Shown: positions 51,808-64,000 of the stretch, in pieces
Position numbering within the stretch: the first letter of the stretch is position 1
Layout: the number at the start of each line of letters is the position of its first letter
Source of the DNA: Stylophora pistillata
Lineage: Eukaryota
Direction of reading: 5' to 3'
NCBI RefSeq assembly: GCF_002571385.2
Contig: NW_019218386.1
Location: forward strand, 1 to 64,000
Length of the DNA: 64,000 nucleotides
Notes under the pieces: generated by a model
The model's input: only the letters and a program-made list of their open reading frames with translations
Databases searched by the model: none
What the model was told of the DNA's origin: nothing
Position numbers and translations under genes: made by a program

Positions 51808-52305
51808 CTGTCGATTGGCAGGACTTTTTCCCACAAGATTGGGAGAGTCCCTGAGAACACTACAGTTTGATTTTCACTATCCTTACCTACGCTGAAACGC
51901 ATTGCATAGTAAAGATCGGTAGTAACGCACAACATTGTAATTTACTGTCCAACTTTCTGGTCTATATCAGGACCCCTAACTTCAGTCAACGGCCAGCGAA
52001 GATCTTTTTTTAGGCAAACTCTGTCTCCGTTTCAAAGCTGCAGACGAACCTCAGACCTTCCTATTTTGTGGTCGGATTCTCCACCAACTTAACAGAGCTA
52101 TAGGGAATAAGTTTTAACTCCCAGAAAAGATTTACTTAAAATGTACCTTTCCCCTATAATATCTGTACATTATCCAGCAAACAAATGATGGAAATCTTTT
52201 AGCTCAAACTCATCAAGTAGAAGTTGTTATCTTAACCAATAACTGAATTCTGTAAACAATTTACAAGGAAATGTGAAGCAGCTTCAGAGTAAAATTAACC
52301 ATCAG

Positions 52306-52615
52306 GCCCCGGTTTTTTGAAGGTTGGACAACGCTATCCGATGGATAAAACTCTATCCAGTGGATAACGCCTGGGGCGGTTCCTGGGGTGGTTCGGTCGA
52401 ACCCCCTAAATTTTCTCTCAAAACGCTGGAAATCATGTTTCCGAAGACATAATTTTCAAAATCTTGGACCCCTCAGAAGGGGAACAATTCTCCGAACCCC
52501 CCTTGACTAAATCCTGGATCCGTGCCAGAACGCTATACGCTTTCCTATCACTAATCCGCCGGGTAGCGATTTATCCGTAGGATACCCTAACCCGCCCTTC
52601 ATACAACTGGGCCCA
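52306..52615. mobile_element. MITE with a nested second MITE-like insert (~52371-52525)
   Basis: Ends GGCCCCGGTT...GAAGG and CCTTCATACAACTGGGCC, with internal TATCC/GGATA repeats; interrupted by GGGGCGGTTCC...CCTGGATCCG, similar to the 3311 family. Confidence 0.5.
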
Positions 52616-53495
52616 GACTTTGTGAGTGAAGGGGTTATCCAGCTAGACCACACCATACAAAAGGATGTTATGTGAGAAATTCCCTGTGTATGGCTAAAAT
52701 CAGCCATAACGAAAGTTTCCTGTGTATATGTTGAGCACGAAAACTTTGAGCTCAGTTATACAGTTGTGACTCGCCTCTGGTGCCACCCTCACGTTTACAT
52801 CATTATTCTGCGCGACTGAAATGAACGCAATAAAAGATTAACGTCAAACAGAACATCATGTCGACCTGGCCCAAACCTTTGATACTTTGAGTGAGAAAAA
52901 TCATAAACTTTAATTTTCTAACAATCACTAAAATATTTACAAAAATTATGATAAAATACTTAAAAATCGAAAAATGGTACCTTGAGTGAGAAAATGACGA
53001 ATCTGAACATATCAGGAAACATGTAACTTTGTCGGTCAAGAGCAAAATGTCATTGACGTCATTTGGATCACTCTTTTTTTGTCAGAAAAGTTGCCAAAAA
53101 ATGTGATTTCTAATCCTGTTGTAAGTCACTATTGCTTGTGAAATGTACCAACAATGTTTTCATAATCGATCTACTTTTCTAGTGTTGACCTCCGTATCCA
53201 AGTACAGATTAACTCTCTCATTCACGTTTCTCATCCTTTCCTTAGAAAGAAAAATTACCTACACAGGAATTTTTATGTCAACCAATTTTCTGTCTGGGAT
53301 AGTTTAATCTTTTTCTCGTCTTTCGCATGTTGTGCCTGACACCTGGACGTGGTAATCTCTATTTTAAAAGGTCACCATTCAGGATGTCCATAACCCGGAA
53401 ATGAACATTTTTTTACCGTGATAAACCCCTCGTGGAATACTGGGTGGAAATAGAGACGCGCCCGCAGTATAATTGCGGCTTTTCGCCTTAATGCG

Positions 53496-53509
53496 TCCTC
53501 TCTCTCTTC
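53496..53509 (+). promoter_or_regulatory. Polypyrimidine TCT initiator / 5' TOP tract of RPL10A
   Basis: TCCTCTCTCTCTTC about 25-35 nt upstream of the ATG, typical of animal ribosomal protein genes. Confidence 0.7.
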
Positions 53510-53532
53510 GTCTGCTCGCCGAGTTTAGCAAT

Positions 53533-54487
53533 ATGAGGTAAAGGCTTGTGCAATCTTCAATTTTTTTACTTGTTATTGGCCATCCAAAGCCAAATCATGC
53601 GGGAATAAACTGAAAAGGTGTTGATAAGTTTGATTTGGGAAGTATACGACTCCAACCATTTCATCAAGATTAAATGTGAGGAGATTGTCGAACGAGGAGT
53701 TTGAGGCAACATGGCGATCGATCAGTATGGCCATGAAAAATAGTCGAGTACTGTCAATTCCCTGAAGTATTGAACAACGAAATTGACTGTGACCCAAACA
53801 CGCTTTTGGTGATTGGAATATCTCTTGGTCACCTGATATCAAGTTGGAAGGAGTTGTATTATTTCGAGATTCGAGTTATACAGTGTACTCCAGACTTCTA
53901 TCTTTAATTCGCCTCTCTTTGTTATTTGAAGAAATTCCTAACCACTTGAAATTGATCTTCAGTTTCTCAGAAAGGAAACACCGGTTTATTTACTGTCGTC
54001 ATCAAGGTTACAGCGAATCGCGCACTGTTTCTTGATCATCCTGATTATGTATTATTTTACTTGCTTGTAACGCATCTAAATGTAACTTAACAAAACTTGC
54101 CCACTACAAAGTTTAAAAGATCATTGAAAACTGACGTAAGTACGTAACTAAAGAAAATTAAAATTCTTTTGTACTCTCTTACCAGTAAGCTCCACCGTGA
54201 TACACTTTACGAGTGCTGTGGTGCTGTCCTTCAAGGAGCCAAGGACAAGAAAAGAAAGTTTACTGAAACTGTTGAGCTCCAAATCAGTTTAAAGAATTAT
54301 GATCCTCAGAAGGACAAGCGTTTCAGTGGAACTGTGAAGCTTAAGAATATTCCTCGACCTAAACTCAAGGTCTGTATCCTTGGTGATGCTTCACATTGTG
54401 ATGAGGCGAAGGCAAATGACATCCCCTGTATGGATGCGGAAGCTTTGAAAAAGTTAAACAAGAACAAGAAACTTGTTAAGAAGCTGG
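53533..54487 (+). CDS. RPL10A: 60S ribosomal protein L10a (uL1), N-terminal 102 codons only
   Basis: Exon 53533-53537 (ATGAG|GTAAAG) plus 54186-54487 give [11 protein letters not shown]...[26 protein letters not shown]...[13 protein letters not shown], ending at G|GTGAGT. Downstream exons were not found in the window. Confidence 0.93.
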
Positions 54488-55137
54488 GTGAGTCTTTCAA
54501 TTTGGTATACATTTNTAAACTTGGATCTATATTTGCCAGCCATTTTGACTCTTCGTCGTCGGAAATATGATTCAAATTGTCCGCCACTTTTTTTTTTTTC
54601 GTAACTACAATCCAATTCTTCGCTTGCGCGATGCGAGAAAACCTGTTTAACCGGTACTCTACAATAGACGAGTAAAAATACCGCGTGATATTTGTACTCA
54701 TCTAGGGCGTTATTTGTACTCGTCTAAGTGTAGTTAGATAATAAAAGAATATATGCACTCAAACTAACTTCTCAAATAATTTATTCAAGGTACTATTACC
54801 CTCAGGCTTTGTATTTAATGAATTGTTGATAGACGTAGGTTACTAATTCTTACGTTTTTACATTTGGGCTGTCAGCCCCAGGCTAAGGGTAGACATTTGT
54901 TGTTTTTAGCACATAGTTGGCCTACAAGCATAATGTCTCATCAAATTGATTGATTACCATTAAAAAATTGATTATCAAGAAATTTGTTCATTTTAAACAG
55001 AAGGAAAATGAACAAAACTTCGGACTTGGGAATAGATGGACAAAGATGACAAAGGGCGAGTGCCGCCAGACCGTATCTTCCTACACCATCCTAAATCAAG
55101 TGCTCATTATGTGTTGGCGACTCATGCATTTGATTAA

Positions 55138-57405
55138 AGAAAGGGCATGTAAACCCAAAAATCGTACATTCTCTTTTCGCATTGCTGTTTAGCAAATATA
55201 TCTAGTACACCAAAAGTACAATTCGTTTTTTCTCAAAAATCCATTTTCACCTTGTTAAAGCTCTTCCAAATTCGAAACATTCGCCATTTTGAATTACGCC
55301 ATCTTTCCTGTGACGTCATGGGTGGAACCCTCCGGTACTGGAGGTCAAAAGCGCATGAGATACCTATAAGTCTCCTTCGCATCCCTTGTTTGCCGGTCTC
55401 GTCACGATTTTTACACTTACAATTTGGTTGAATATATTCAATTTTTTCATAATGGTAAAGCGTTGTGTTGTCCAGTTTTGTAGTAATTCAAACAAAACCG
55501 GGCATACAATGCATAAATTTCCCGTCCAAAAGAACCATATTTGAAGCGGCGACAAAGGGTTAAATTTGTTGAAAAGAGCCGACTCGCCGAACCGTCCAAA
55601 CATTCTGTTATTTTTAGCAGTCATTTTTCACCCGCTTCTTTTGAGAAAAGCTACATGGTGGAAGTGTGCCTTAAAAAAGTTGCTGGTCACTGTGTTGTAC
55701 CGACGATTCAGGCCCCACCAAAAACAAATTCTTCTGAAGTAAAAAAGCGACCCGTGCAGTCAGCAGATAGCGAGGATGCGGAGGTGGCCGACCGAACTGA
55801 GAAACGACCGAGGAGAACTAGAGCTCTCCAAACGTTAAGGAAAAGAAAGGGAGACAAATAAGAAATTCCTAAAAACCTCGCAAACTGTCAACATTTTGAT
55901 AGCCATGAAAGGGTCTCAAATTCATCCCAACACCCGTGACAAACGAATGTAAAACCAGACCAACTCTTGCTAGATTTATTCGCATGGTGAGTGCATGCGC
56001 CTCCAAAACACCTTTCATGGACAAAACAAAGAACCACATCCGTCTCATATCAAACTGGATGCCACCGTTTCAGCCTTTTCTTGCCTTTTAGAGCTATTGG
56101 GAAAATTTCATGGCACAACCTGCAGAGATTATTTATCTAAGCCATAAAAGAATTTGTAACGCAATGAGGTAACAGCTCTAACTCGGAGTTAAAAAACAAC
56201 TTTGCTTTAAACCTCACAAAAGCAACACAACAACAGTCACGAAGAAGACAGACTAACTTAAGAGGCCAAAGTGCAACTTGACAACGGAGTTCACTTCAAA
56301 CTTTTCAAAGCACCGATGGTAAAAAACACGCAGGAAAGGAGGGCTTATGAGATCATTGATCAAATGCATCGAGGTAAACGCTTTGATGGCATGACTAAGA
56401 AATGGTTTCAACAAACTCCCAATCCGCCTATATACACAGTCTGCCCTTGCTAAAAACAATTTTCATATATCATCCGTTTATCTCTGAAAACTTAAACGGA
56501 AAAATCTATAAGGACACGCTTGTGAGAGCAAAACAAAAAGGATTATTTGAAGGCGATAATGCGACGCGACCACAAAAGCGACATGGTGAGTCTGTACCGT
56601 CCTTTGTTCTTACTCGTTTCGGGTGTGACTATTTGTGCCATACTGCTTCCTATACGCGCAATAGCCCGTCTACAGCACCCGGACATCGAGGCAGGTTGCT
56701 TGAAAACCTGAATGTTCAGTAATTCATTTTTGGTGTCAGACCCTTGTTTCTTCACGTTTCGCCACACTTGCCTGATTTCCGTACAACAGACGTTTTCATG
56801 TATTTTCGGCATTGACTGACAAGTTTCATACCCCCACCTTAAATAATTTTATATCAAACAACCACGGGAGCTCACATTAAAGAATTCTCTTGCAATTGTT
56901 TAGATTTTAAACTTCCTTTATTGTAGGTTTTCATGACAAATGAAAATAAATGACACAATGAATTAAATACCAGTCTGTGTTTCCGAGAAGTTCGGTATCG
57001 CTGTCGGTTTTGTGCTTCCTTCGTGCGGATCGTTTGGTGAACCCTACGCGGCTTGTATCGATAAAGACGTGGCCCAGACGCTCCTAAAGGTTCTAAACTA
57101 TCCCCATCGCTGTCATATAAGTTTAAGGCATTCGAGTCACTCTCTTCTGAAGAAACATCGTGCGAACTATTGCTACTTACACGAGCTGCCCTATCTACTG
57201 TGGAGACCGTGTTGCGCAATATTTGAGTTCCACCGATTACTTTACGACTTCTTGCTATTGTTTTCATCAGAAGTAGGATTTCGGTTAAAAATGCCGATTT
57301 TCTCCCTAAAAGAAGTCGAATTGGGCAAAACGAATTGCAAATTCGTATTCTTAGCCACTTACAACTGAGTATAAGAAAAACATGTCTTTTTGGGTTACAA
57401 GCCCT
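55138..57405. mobile_element. Kolobok-like non-autonomous DNA transposon with a THAP relic (+) and a convergent P2X7-C-terminal-like Cys-rich relic (-)
   Basis: TTAA at 55134-55137 and 57406-57409; imperfect TIRs AGGGCATGTAAACCCAAAAA / TTTTTGGGTTACAAGCCCT. From ATG 55452: MVKRCVVQFCSN...HKFP, frameshift, ...SSHF...VVPTI (THAP). Minus strand: YRYKP, SMPKIHENVCCTE, ITEHSGFQATCLDVRVL*. Confidence 0.75.
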
Positions 57406-59434
57406 TTAAGATATGATTAACCTCCGCACTAGCATGACAAGCTGAAAGGTAAATCGCTGAGATATTATCACATTTCAACCTTACTATTTGCAAAAGCCAA
57501 TTAACAAGAGTACTTCAAGAAAAAAACACCAACATTCTTGTCAGTTTCTTCCCCTGTCGAACTTAAACTAATTCTTTAATTTATTTACGCCGGGAATATG
57601 CACCCTTGAAAGCTTCTTCATCCGATGAAGAAGCCTTTTTAATGGTATTAATATTATGCTAGCTCTCGAAATTCACTGAGTCGGGAGGTGTTTGTACGTG
57701 TTTCGAGCACTGATACACTTTTTCGCTGACAGAGAACCTAAACTGACGCCCTTACAGCCGGTGAGTCGATTATTAGAACATCAAAAAGTACGTAAAGAGG
57801 TTAGAAACCCTAGATTAAAAAGCAGGTTTTCAGCCATACAGTCAAGTGACTCATAAAAAAAAGGTATCCGCTGAATGGAAATGTAATTGGTCGCACAATT
57901 TTTTCCGGAGTATTCTAGGCTTATTTCAGTGCATGGAGCGGCATTTAAATGGACATTTGTGATTTGAAGGATGAAATCCTTTTCAATTTGGTCATTAATT
58001 TCACATGTATCTATAGAAAGCAAACATCCTTTTGATAACAAGTGTAAATGGCATAGAAAAAATAAACGGGAACCCGCCGACCTCGTTACAAACCGTAAGT
58101 TATCTGGTGTCACGCTCGAGCAGTAACTTTTTTAACCCTACAGTATGCTAGTTAAAAGTCTCTTTAACATGGGGTTTGTAAACTTAAGCTAAATCTTGAA
58201 ATTCACGGACTTGTGGGGTAGTTATACGCGACCAGATCTAGATCCCATACACATGAAAGACGCTCCAAATATCATTTAAAACTTTTGTAAACCCAATCCT
58301 ATATTTGATGAAATTACCAGGGAGCAACAAATCCACATAAATTCATTAAGAAGTAAGAATTTAAATACTGCAAGGTAGGATTTTGTCAGTTGCCTTGAGG
58401 CGACCATAAACGTCTATCTATTGTCGGAAAAGCCATCTAACGTTCAAAGTCACGTACTATCTTGGGTTGAGTTGATGCAAATTGCTATTAGTTAAATAAT
58501 CAATAGGGCGACAAAACCACAAAGTTGACACAACTTTTTGCCGGAACGATCTAGAGTGGGTAAAGAAGTTGAGAGGAATCTTGGTTGGAAAGATTCAGTG
58601 GCAGCTTATCGATTTCACATTTTCATTTGTTGATCATATGCACGAGCAACCTACGTAAAATAAACAAATTCGTCCATTCACCTCTCCCACCAAATATTCC
58701 CAAGTGTGGATCAGGCACTCGAATTTTCTTCATATCCTTTCGCTCCCGTTTTTGTTCAGACTTTCTCAATCTGCCGGTTGGTGCATTTTCAGAGCTGATT
58801 CTAACAAAATTTTCAATTATACCTTCCGAGTTTAACAGCTGCTTTTAGCCCGAGACAGAAACTGCTTAACTATTCAAATGGATTCAGGAATGAAAATGTG
58901 CACTTAAATTTATATAACAAAAGAGAGAAGGCAAAGGAATAGTCATTTATGAATATGTGCCATTCAGACGGAAATGTACATAAATGGCTTGAGGTAATAA
59001 TTACTTTTCACAGGAGCCCATCCTGCTTTTGACTGAAGGACTTCCATCCGGAGACCTTCCCAGGTTATGAAGACATTTGTTCAAATTGATCCTAGTTTCG
59101 TTTACCATTGTGGAAAGGAAAAACGGCCAAGAAAGAAAAAAAAAATTACAAATACTCAATGCCGAGCTGAAATGAGTTTATATTTACTTTCCTTTGGCCG
59201 CTCGTTGACTCAGTCATAGCTCAAAGCGGAAATCTGAAATGAGATAGGAAATGGTGAGAACAAAGAACAGGAACACAGGTCTAGCCAGGTCAATTTTCCA
59301 ATGACGTCAGCCTCGTGTTAGGTAGTCAGACAGCTACGTAATCGCCAAAGGCCAATCAAATAGAGCCTAGTGTTCTCTTCATGTTATAAGCACAAATCTT
59401 TTCTTTACCCTTCATTCTCAATCCACCTCCAGAT

Positions 59435-62400
59435 ATGAAGTTTCTTAAATTGTGCAGAGGAGATTCAGAAGATTCGGAAGATTCAAACTCGGAGACTCGC
59501 ACTCCTATGATTCAACGGTTTTCCTATGGAGTGGGAAACTCAGTGATTGAGGTTAATAGACAGATACTTCTGTCGTTCCGATTGGTCTTCTTTTTGAAAG
59601 TACTCGGTCTGTCTCCAGCTAATGCTGGATGGCTAGTGCTCTTCGCGTTTTCTTCGTTGGTAGTGACGTCCCCGTTGAGTGCATTCTTGGTTGACCGAGT
59701 CAAGATCCCAGTTTTGTCCATGAAACTTGGTAGAAAGAAATCCTGGCATCTTATTGGATCCATTTTAGGGGCAGTCACCATTCCGCTTTTTTTCACACCT
59801 TGTTTTTTTTGTCAAGGTGGTCAATTGGAGACAATGCTGTACATTGCTGTACTTAACTTTTTTATAGCACTATCTTACACTATTGTAGACGTCAGCCACC
59901 TATCACTGCTTCCCTCGATTGCTAAGAATCAAAAGGAAGCTTTTGGATTGAACGCTTTAAGGTTGGTCGCCATTTGTTTATTGTTATAAATGTTTTCTTT
60001 ATCTCGCAATTCGAGAATAAGACTATTGTCCTTTACTTCGGCTCTAGTCCCCGCATTTTCATTGATTGTTTTCTTCGACCCAATGTATTATTTCATATCT
60101 TACCAAATCGATATTTTGTGGTTTCCTGAAGGTTGATAACCAGCTTCTGTTGTGGAATAGGCCCCCTGCCTATTCCTTGGAAGGCTCTTCTCTGGGAGGA
60201 ACAAGGATATGACTCGAGATAACGACCGAAGTGGGGCTTAATTATAGTTTGCCTTACTGAGGGTTAAGTCCCACTAGCCGAAAGCAACTTGAAATAATTT
60301 CACTTGGACCAGTAGTCATTGCGCATTGAGGCGAGAAACATTATATGTCGATTGAAAGAAATAAAGCAGTTTCATTGTTTTTTTCCTTTCAAAGAACTGG
60401 CTTCACATTCTTTATTGGAGTGGTGATCTACCTTGTGACATGGGTAATATTTGGACAAGACCGCAGCAAACAACTATCCAGTGAAAGTTCCATGGATTTC
60501 ACGGTAAAAAAGATTTTTGGCAACTATAAAAAATCTTTCATTTTAGTCACCAATATTTTGCTTTTTTCAAAAGAAAAAAAAATTGATGAACAATAATGGG
60601 TAACTCTTAAGGATCCTCAACAATTTCCTGATCAAAAGAATTCTACTATTATAGGGTCTTTCTTTATACTACCTGAACGTAGCTAGTGTCAAGATTAAGA
60701 AATGAAAGGAACGCAGATTGGCTGAAGTTAAGTCGAGTTATTCTAACTATTTTTTGTCCTGTATTTCAAGGTCATAACTTCAATCTTGGTCGGAATGGCC
60801 TTGGTTTTCTTCCTTATCTTTCAAACTGTGACAAAGGAGCCCACAGTTAATTCAGCCCTGGCTAAGAAGTTTTCAAACAGCGTTGCAGAACTGATGGTAA
60901 GCTAATTGTTCACACCGTTTTAATCCATTATGTGCTTAGACATAAACCCAGAATAGATTCATACTTCGAAGCCATATCAATTGAATTTTAATTGCATTTG
61001 TTCCCTCTATATCAGAGAAAAACTTCCTTCATTCCATCAAATGGTGTTCTACAATCGATGATGTATGAAGTTGTACAGGAGGCACGAGGTAGGACTCGGA
61101 TGAACGTTTATGTTTATTACTGAGATTACCGTCTCTTGGAACGCCAACATTATTTTTTGTTTCTTGCAGATCGGCACCAAAGCAAAGAAAGAATGCGCGA
61201 CTGGTTCGTAGAGAGTCTAAAGTCAAAGGGGGAAGCTACAGTCCAAGCCACAGAGAATTGTGAAAGTAGGATTAGAAAGAGAGCCTTCTCGATGCGTTTC
61301 GTTGACGTATTGTTTTCTGACGAAGATGAAGATAAATGTAAGCAAGAATCGCCCTCTAACAACCATACTTTGACAGAAAAGGCATCAACGAAGCGTCAAG
61401 AGGTTGAAGTGTATGGAGAATCAAAGCCAGGCATTGAGAATGAAGAGGAAGCGTTTAAGAAGCTTAGCATGCTGCCACCGGAGCGAAAAATAAGCCTCCT
61501 TGTTAGCGTTTTGGACAAACTCACAGATGCCTCTGGTGGAAATGATCAGCATTTACCAGATGTACCTGAAGAAATAAAGGAAATCGATGTGACTGTTGAT
61601 GAGAACTGTCAAGCGGTCTCTCCCTTATCAAGTAACCCTGAACGTTGTTCACCCTTAGATAAAGAACGAATGCAGGAAACGTCTCTCAAAAATCGTAAAG
61701 ATAGCAAAGAGATTTCGCCGTCTACTGTGACACTTGGTACTGCGAATGAAGGCTTCGACTGCAACGAGTCAGAGCTGATAGAGCCATGTGAGCATCCAGT
61801 TTCAACCACCATGGAAAATATGGATGAGGCGGACGACTGCAAAATTAAATCTGGGCCGCTGAAGATTGAGGATGTTGAAAGTGGTTGTCAATCAGGAAAA
61901 GAGATGTGTGTACGAGCCTGGTTAAAGAATCCTCATCTATACAAGGTAAAGCAGCCGAGGGAAAAAAGGCATTACCGTGGTTCTCGGTAAATTCTTCCTT
62001 TGCTACATTGTTGTTATTGGGCTTCTTATCCAATATTACTCATTACTATACGTATTCCCTTTTATGACATCGTAAATGAGATGTTAATTTTCTTTTCTTT
62101 TTTCGCTAATTTCGACAGGTCGCAGTCATTTATGCTTGCTCGAGAGTCACACAAGATCTTTCGTACGCCTATTTACCATTATTCCTTACTGACACACTGA
62201 AGTTTGGAAAGGTATGAATGACATCTTCATTTAGGGGTGAAAGTCGATTAAAGGGTTCTTTCAACATGAGAAAAGTCTTCATGTGGTGTGTAAAGGCGAT
62301 TGGTGTTCCAATGGTTCACTCACAGGTTAAGAAATTTGGGTGAATTTTTATTCTCTGATGTTAATTTTGGGCTTTCCACAACTTTGCCAGCTTTCGAATT

Positions 62401-63485
62401 TGCGAAGACTTTCTATTGGTTTGGTAATGATCCTTCGCTCTAAGCTGCAAACCATTCTGTTTATCAGTAAAATAACTTACGTCTAGGTGAAAGATGCAAA
62501 GCATGGAAGTTGTTTTTCTTTCAGGAAGCCATGGCCTATCTTCCACTTGTAATGTTACTAAGCGCAATTGTTTCCCCGGGATTGTCAAGAAAACTTGTCG
62601 GAAATCTGGGAGGCAAGGTATGGCAAGCTAAGTAGAACTTAACATTGAATGTTGAATATGTCAAGCAACTTTCGAATTTGGCATTTTTGCTCATACAATT
62701 GTTCACTATGAAACATCATATCGTCTCATCTAATACAGTAGTATTAGATGAGATAATATATACAGTAGTATATATTCGCACATCTTTTCATATCCATCGC
62801 TGTTAAAAGGGTTTTACACCAGAATTGTGCTGACAAAATCAAGTTATGTGGGTAAAACTGGCTTCAAGGACCTGAGTCATATAATGGTAAATGACTAATT
62901 AAAGACAGCGATAGCGTAATTATAAAAAGAGCCTTGAACATAACTGAATTCTTATCAGGAAACTTCCAAAAGTGTAGTGAGAGATTAACGATCTATATTT
63001 CTGATTTTGCAAATCTGCAAAAGGCCAATGAGTAAGTGACGAGGATCACGGGGTCACTGGGATCATGTTTTATGTGGAAAAGAAGATCATAGAGAGGTAG
63101 TGAGTGACTGTGTTAATAGGTAGCCAAAGTAAATAATGCACATGAATGGCTGAGAAATTGCTTCGGTGGGAAAGGGGAGCCAGCGAATAAACTCGAAGCA
63201 AAGCTATATTCAAAAGTGATTCCTCTTGTGGCTTAACGAGTAGGTGGACAAATACTAGAGTTTAAAAATAGATGACACACAGCACCATCTAAGAAAACGT
63301 TTTCTTTGCAGATCCTGTTTATTATTGCTGCTCTACTCGTTATTGGAGCGTCACTGTGGTTTTACTTCATTACTCCGTCCACAAAAGTATTAACTTACCC
63401 GGCAGGTGCTATATTGGGTCTTGGTTTCTCTACCATGTTTGTTAATGCACTCAGCTTTGGGGCAGACCTCATTGGAGACAACCAA
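59435..63485 (+). CDS. MFSD12-like major facilitator (GPH/MelB family) transporter, 3' end beyond the window
   Basis: Phase-consistent exons: 59435-59961, 60395-60503, 60771-60896, 61016-61088, 61170-61945, 62119-62211, 62525-62617, 63312-63485. Motifs QRFSYGVGN, GRKKSWHLIGS, VSHLSLLP, LNALRTGFT, WLKNPHLYKVA, YLPLFL, ADLIGDN. Confidence 0.88.
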
Positions 63486-63641
63486 GTAAGTAGAGTTACC
63501 AGATAATTATTTTTCAAACAAAGGAGTTATTGGTTTCTCTACCATGTTTGTTAATGCACTCAGCTTTGGTGCAGACCTCATTGGAGACAACCAAGTAAGT
63601 AGAGTTACCAGATAATTATTTTTCAAACAAAGGAGTTATTG
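63421..63641. repeat. 109-bp tandem duplication spanning an MFS exon 3' end and splice donor
   Basis: Copies start at 63421 and 63530 and differ at one base (GGG/GGT); each carries AACCAA|GTAAGT. Confidence 0.95.
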
Positions 63642-64000
63642 ATTTTAAGCTATGAATTTATGTGGTGATATTCGTCTACAATGAAGGATCAAGAGAGGAT
63701 CAAACAAAGATATTTGATCTCGTTTAGAAGCCTTTTTTTGTTGTTGTTGACTAATCCCTCCTATTAAGTTCTTTTAGTGCAATTTAGACTAGAAAGTATT
63801 TCGGGGTTTCTTTAGGTTGGTTTATTTCGCTCGTGGATATGTCCAGAAAACTTCCGGAAAACCAATCATACTCAACACTAAAACAACCACGACTTGGTCG
63901 CTAGCTCGCGTTTTCACCATCAACTCTGGTTCAGGCTTGTTTTTACTGTGCGTTCTTCTTGTTTGTTTCTATTTGTTTGTTCTGATTGTTTACTTTTTTT

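Noticed and set aside
53538-54185. Intronic snoRNA in RPL10A intron 1
   Set aside because: No convincing C box/D box pair with a terminal stem, or H/ACA layout, could be identified by eye.
59014-59063. 50-nt exon-like segment as a missing RPL10A exon
   Set aside because: No similarity to uL1, and a stop codon in the required phase; more likely a 5' UTR exon of the MFS gene.

Overview
AT-rich, intron-containing animal genomic DNA with assembly gaps. The repeat families and gene content suggest a cnidarian, probably a stony coral (inference). Genes were reconstructed by hand from splice sites and reading-frame phase. From left to right: two tandem minus-strand TRPC-like channel paralogs that appear to lack ankyrin repeats (2295-11716; ~14665-24756); a 3-exon, 132-aa secreted Asp/Glu-rich protein with two RGD motifs (33059-35433, minus); a 2-exon secreted protein with lysozyme/lytic-transglycosylase-like motifs (40580-41842); a divergent PRELID2 / FKBP-like-TPR pair; the 5' half only of RPL10A; and an MFSD12-like transporter running off the right edge. 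Mobile DNA includes tRNA-derived SINEs, Penelope-like end fragments with hammerhead-type motifs, an L2/CR1-group LINE fragment, several MITEs, and Kolobok-like, IS3EU-like and Tigger-like DNA-transposon relics. Tandem arrays have 477, 187, 109, 27, 19 and ~12 bp units. The best candidates for new biology are the RGD-bearing acidic secreted protein (a possible SIBLING-like biomineralization protein) and the secreted transglycosylase-like protein. No database searches were run.
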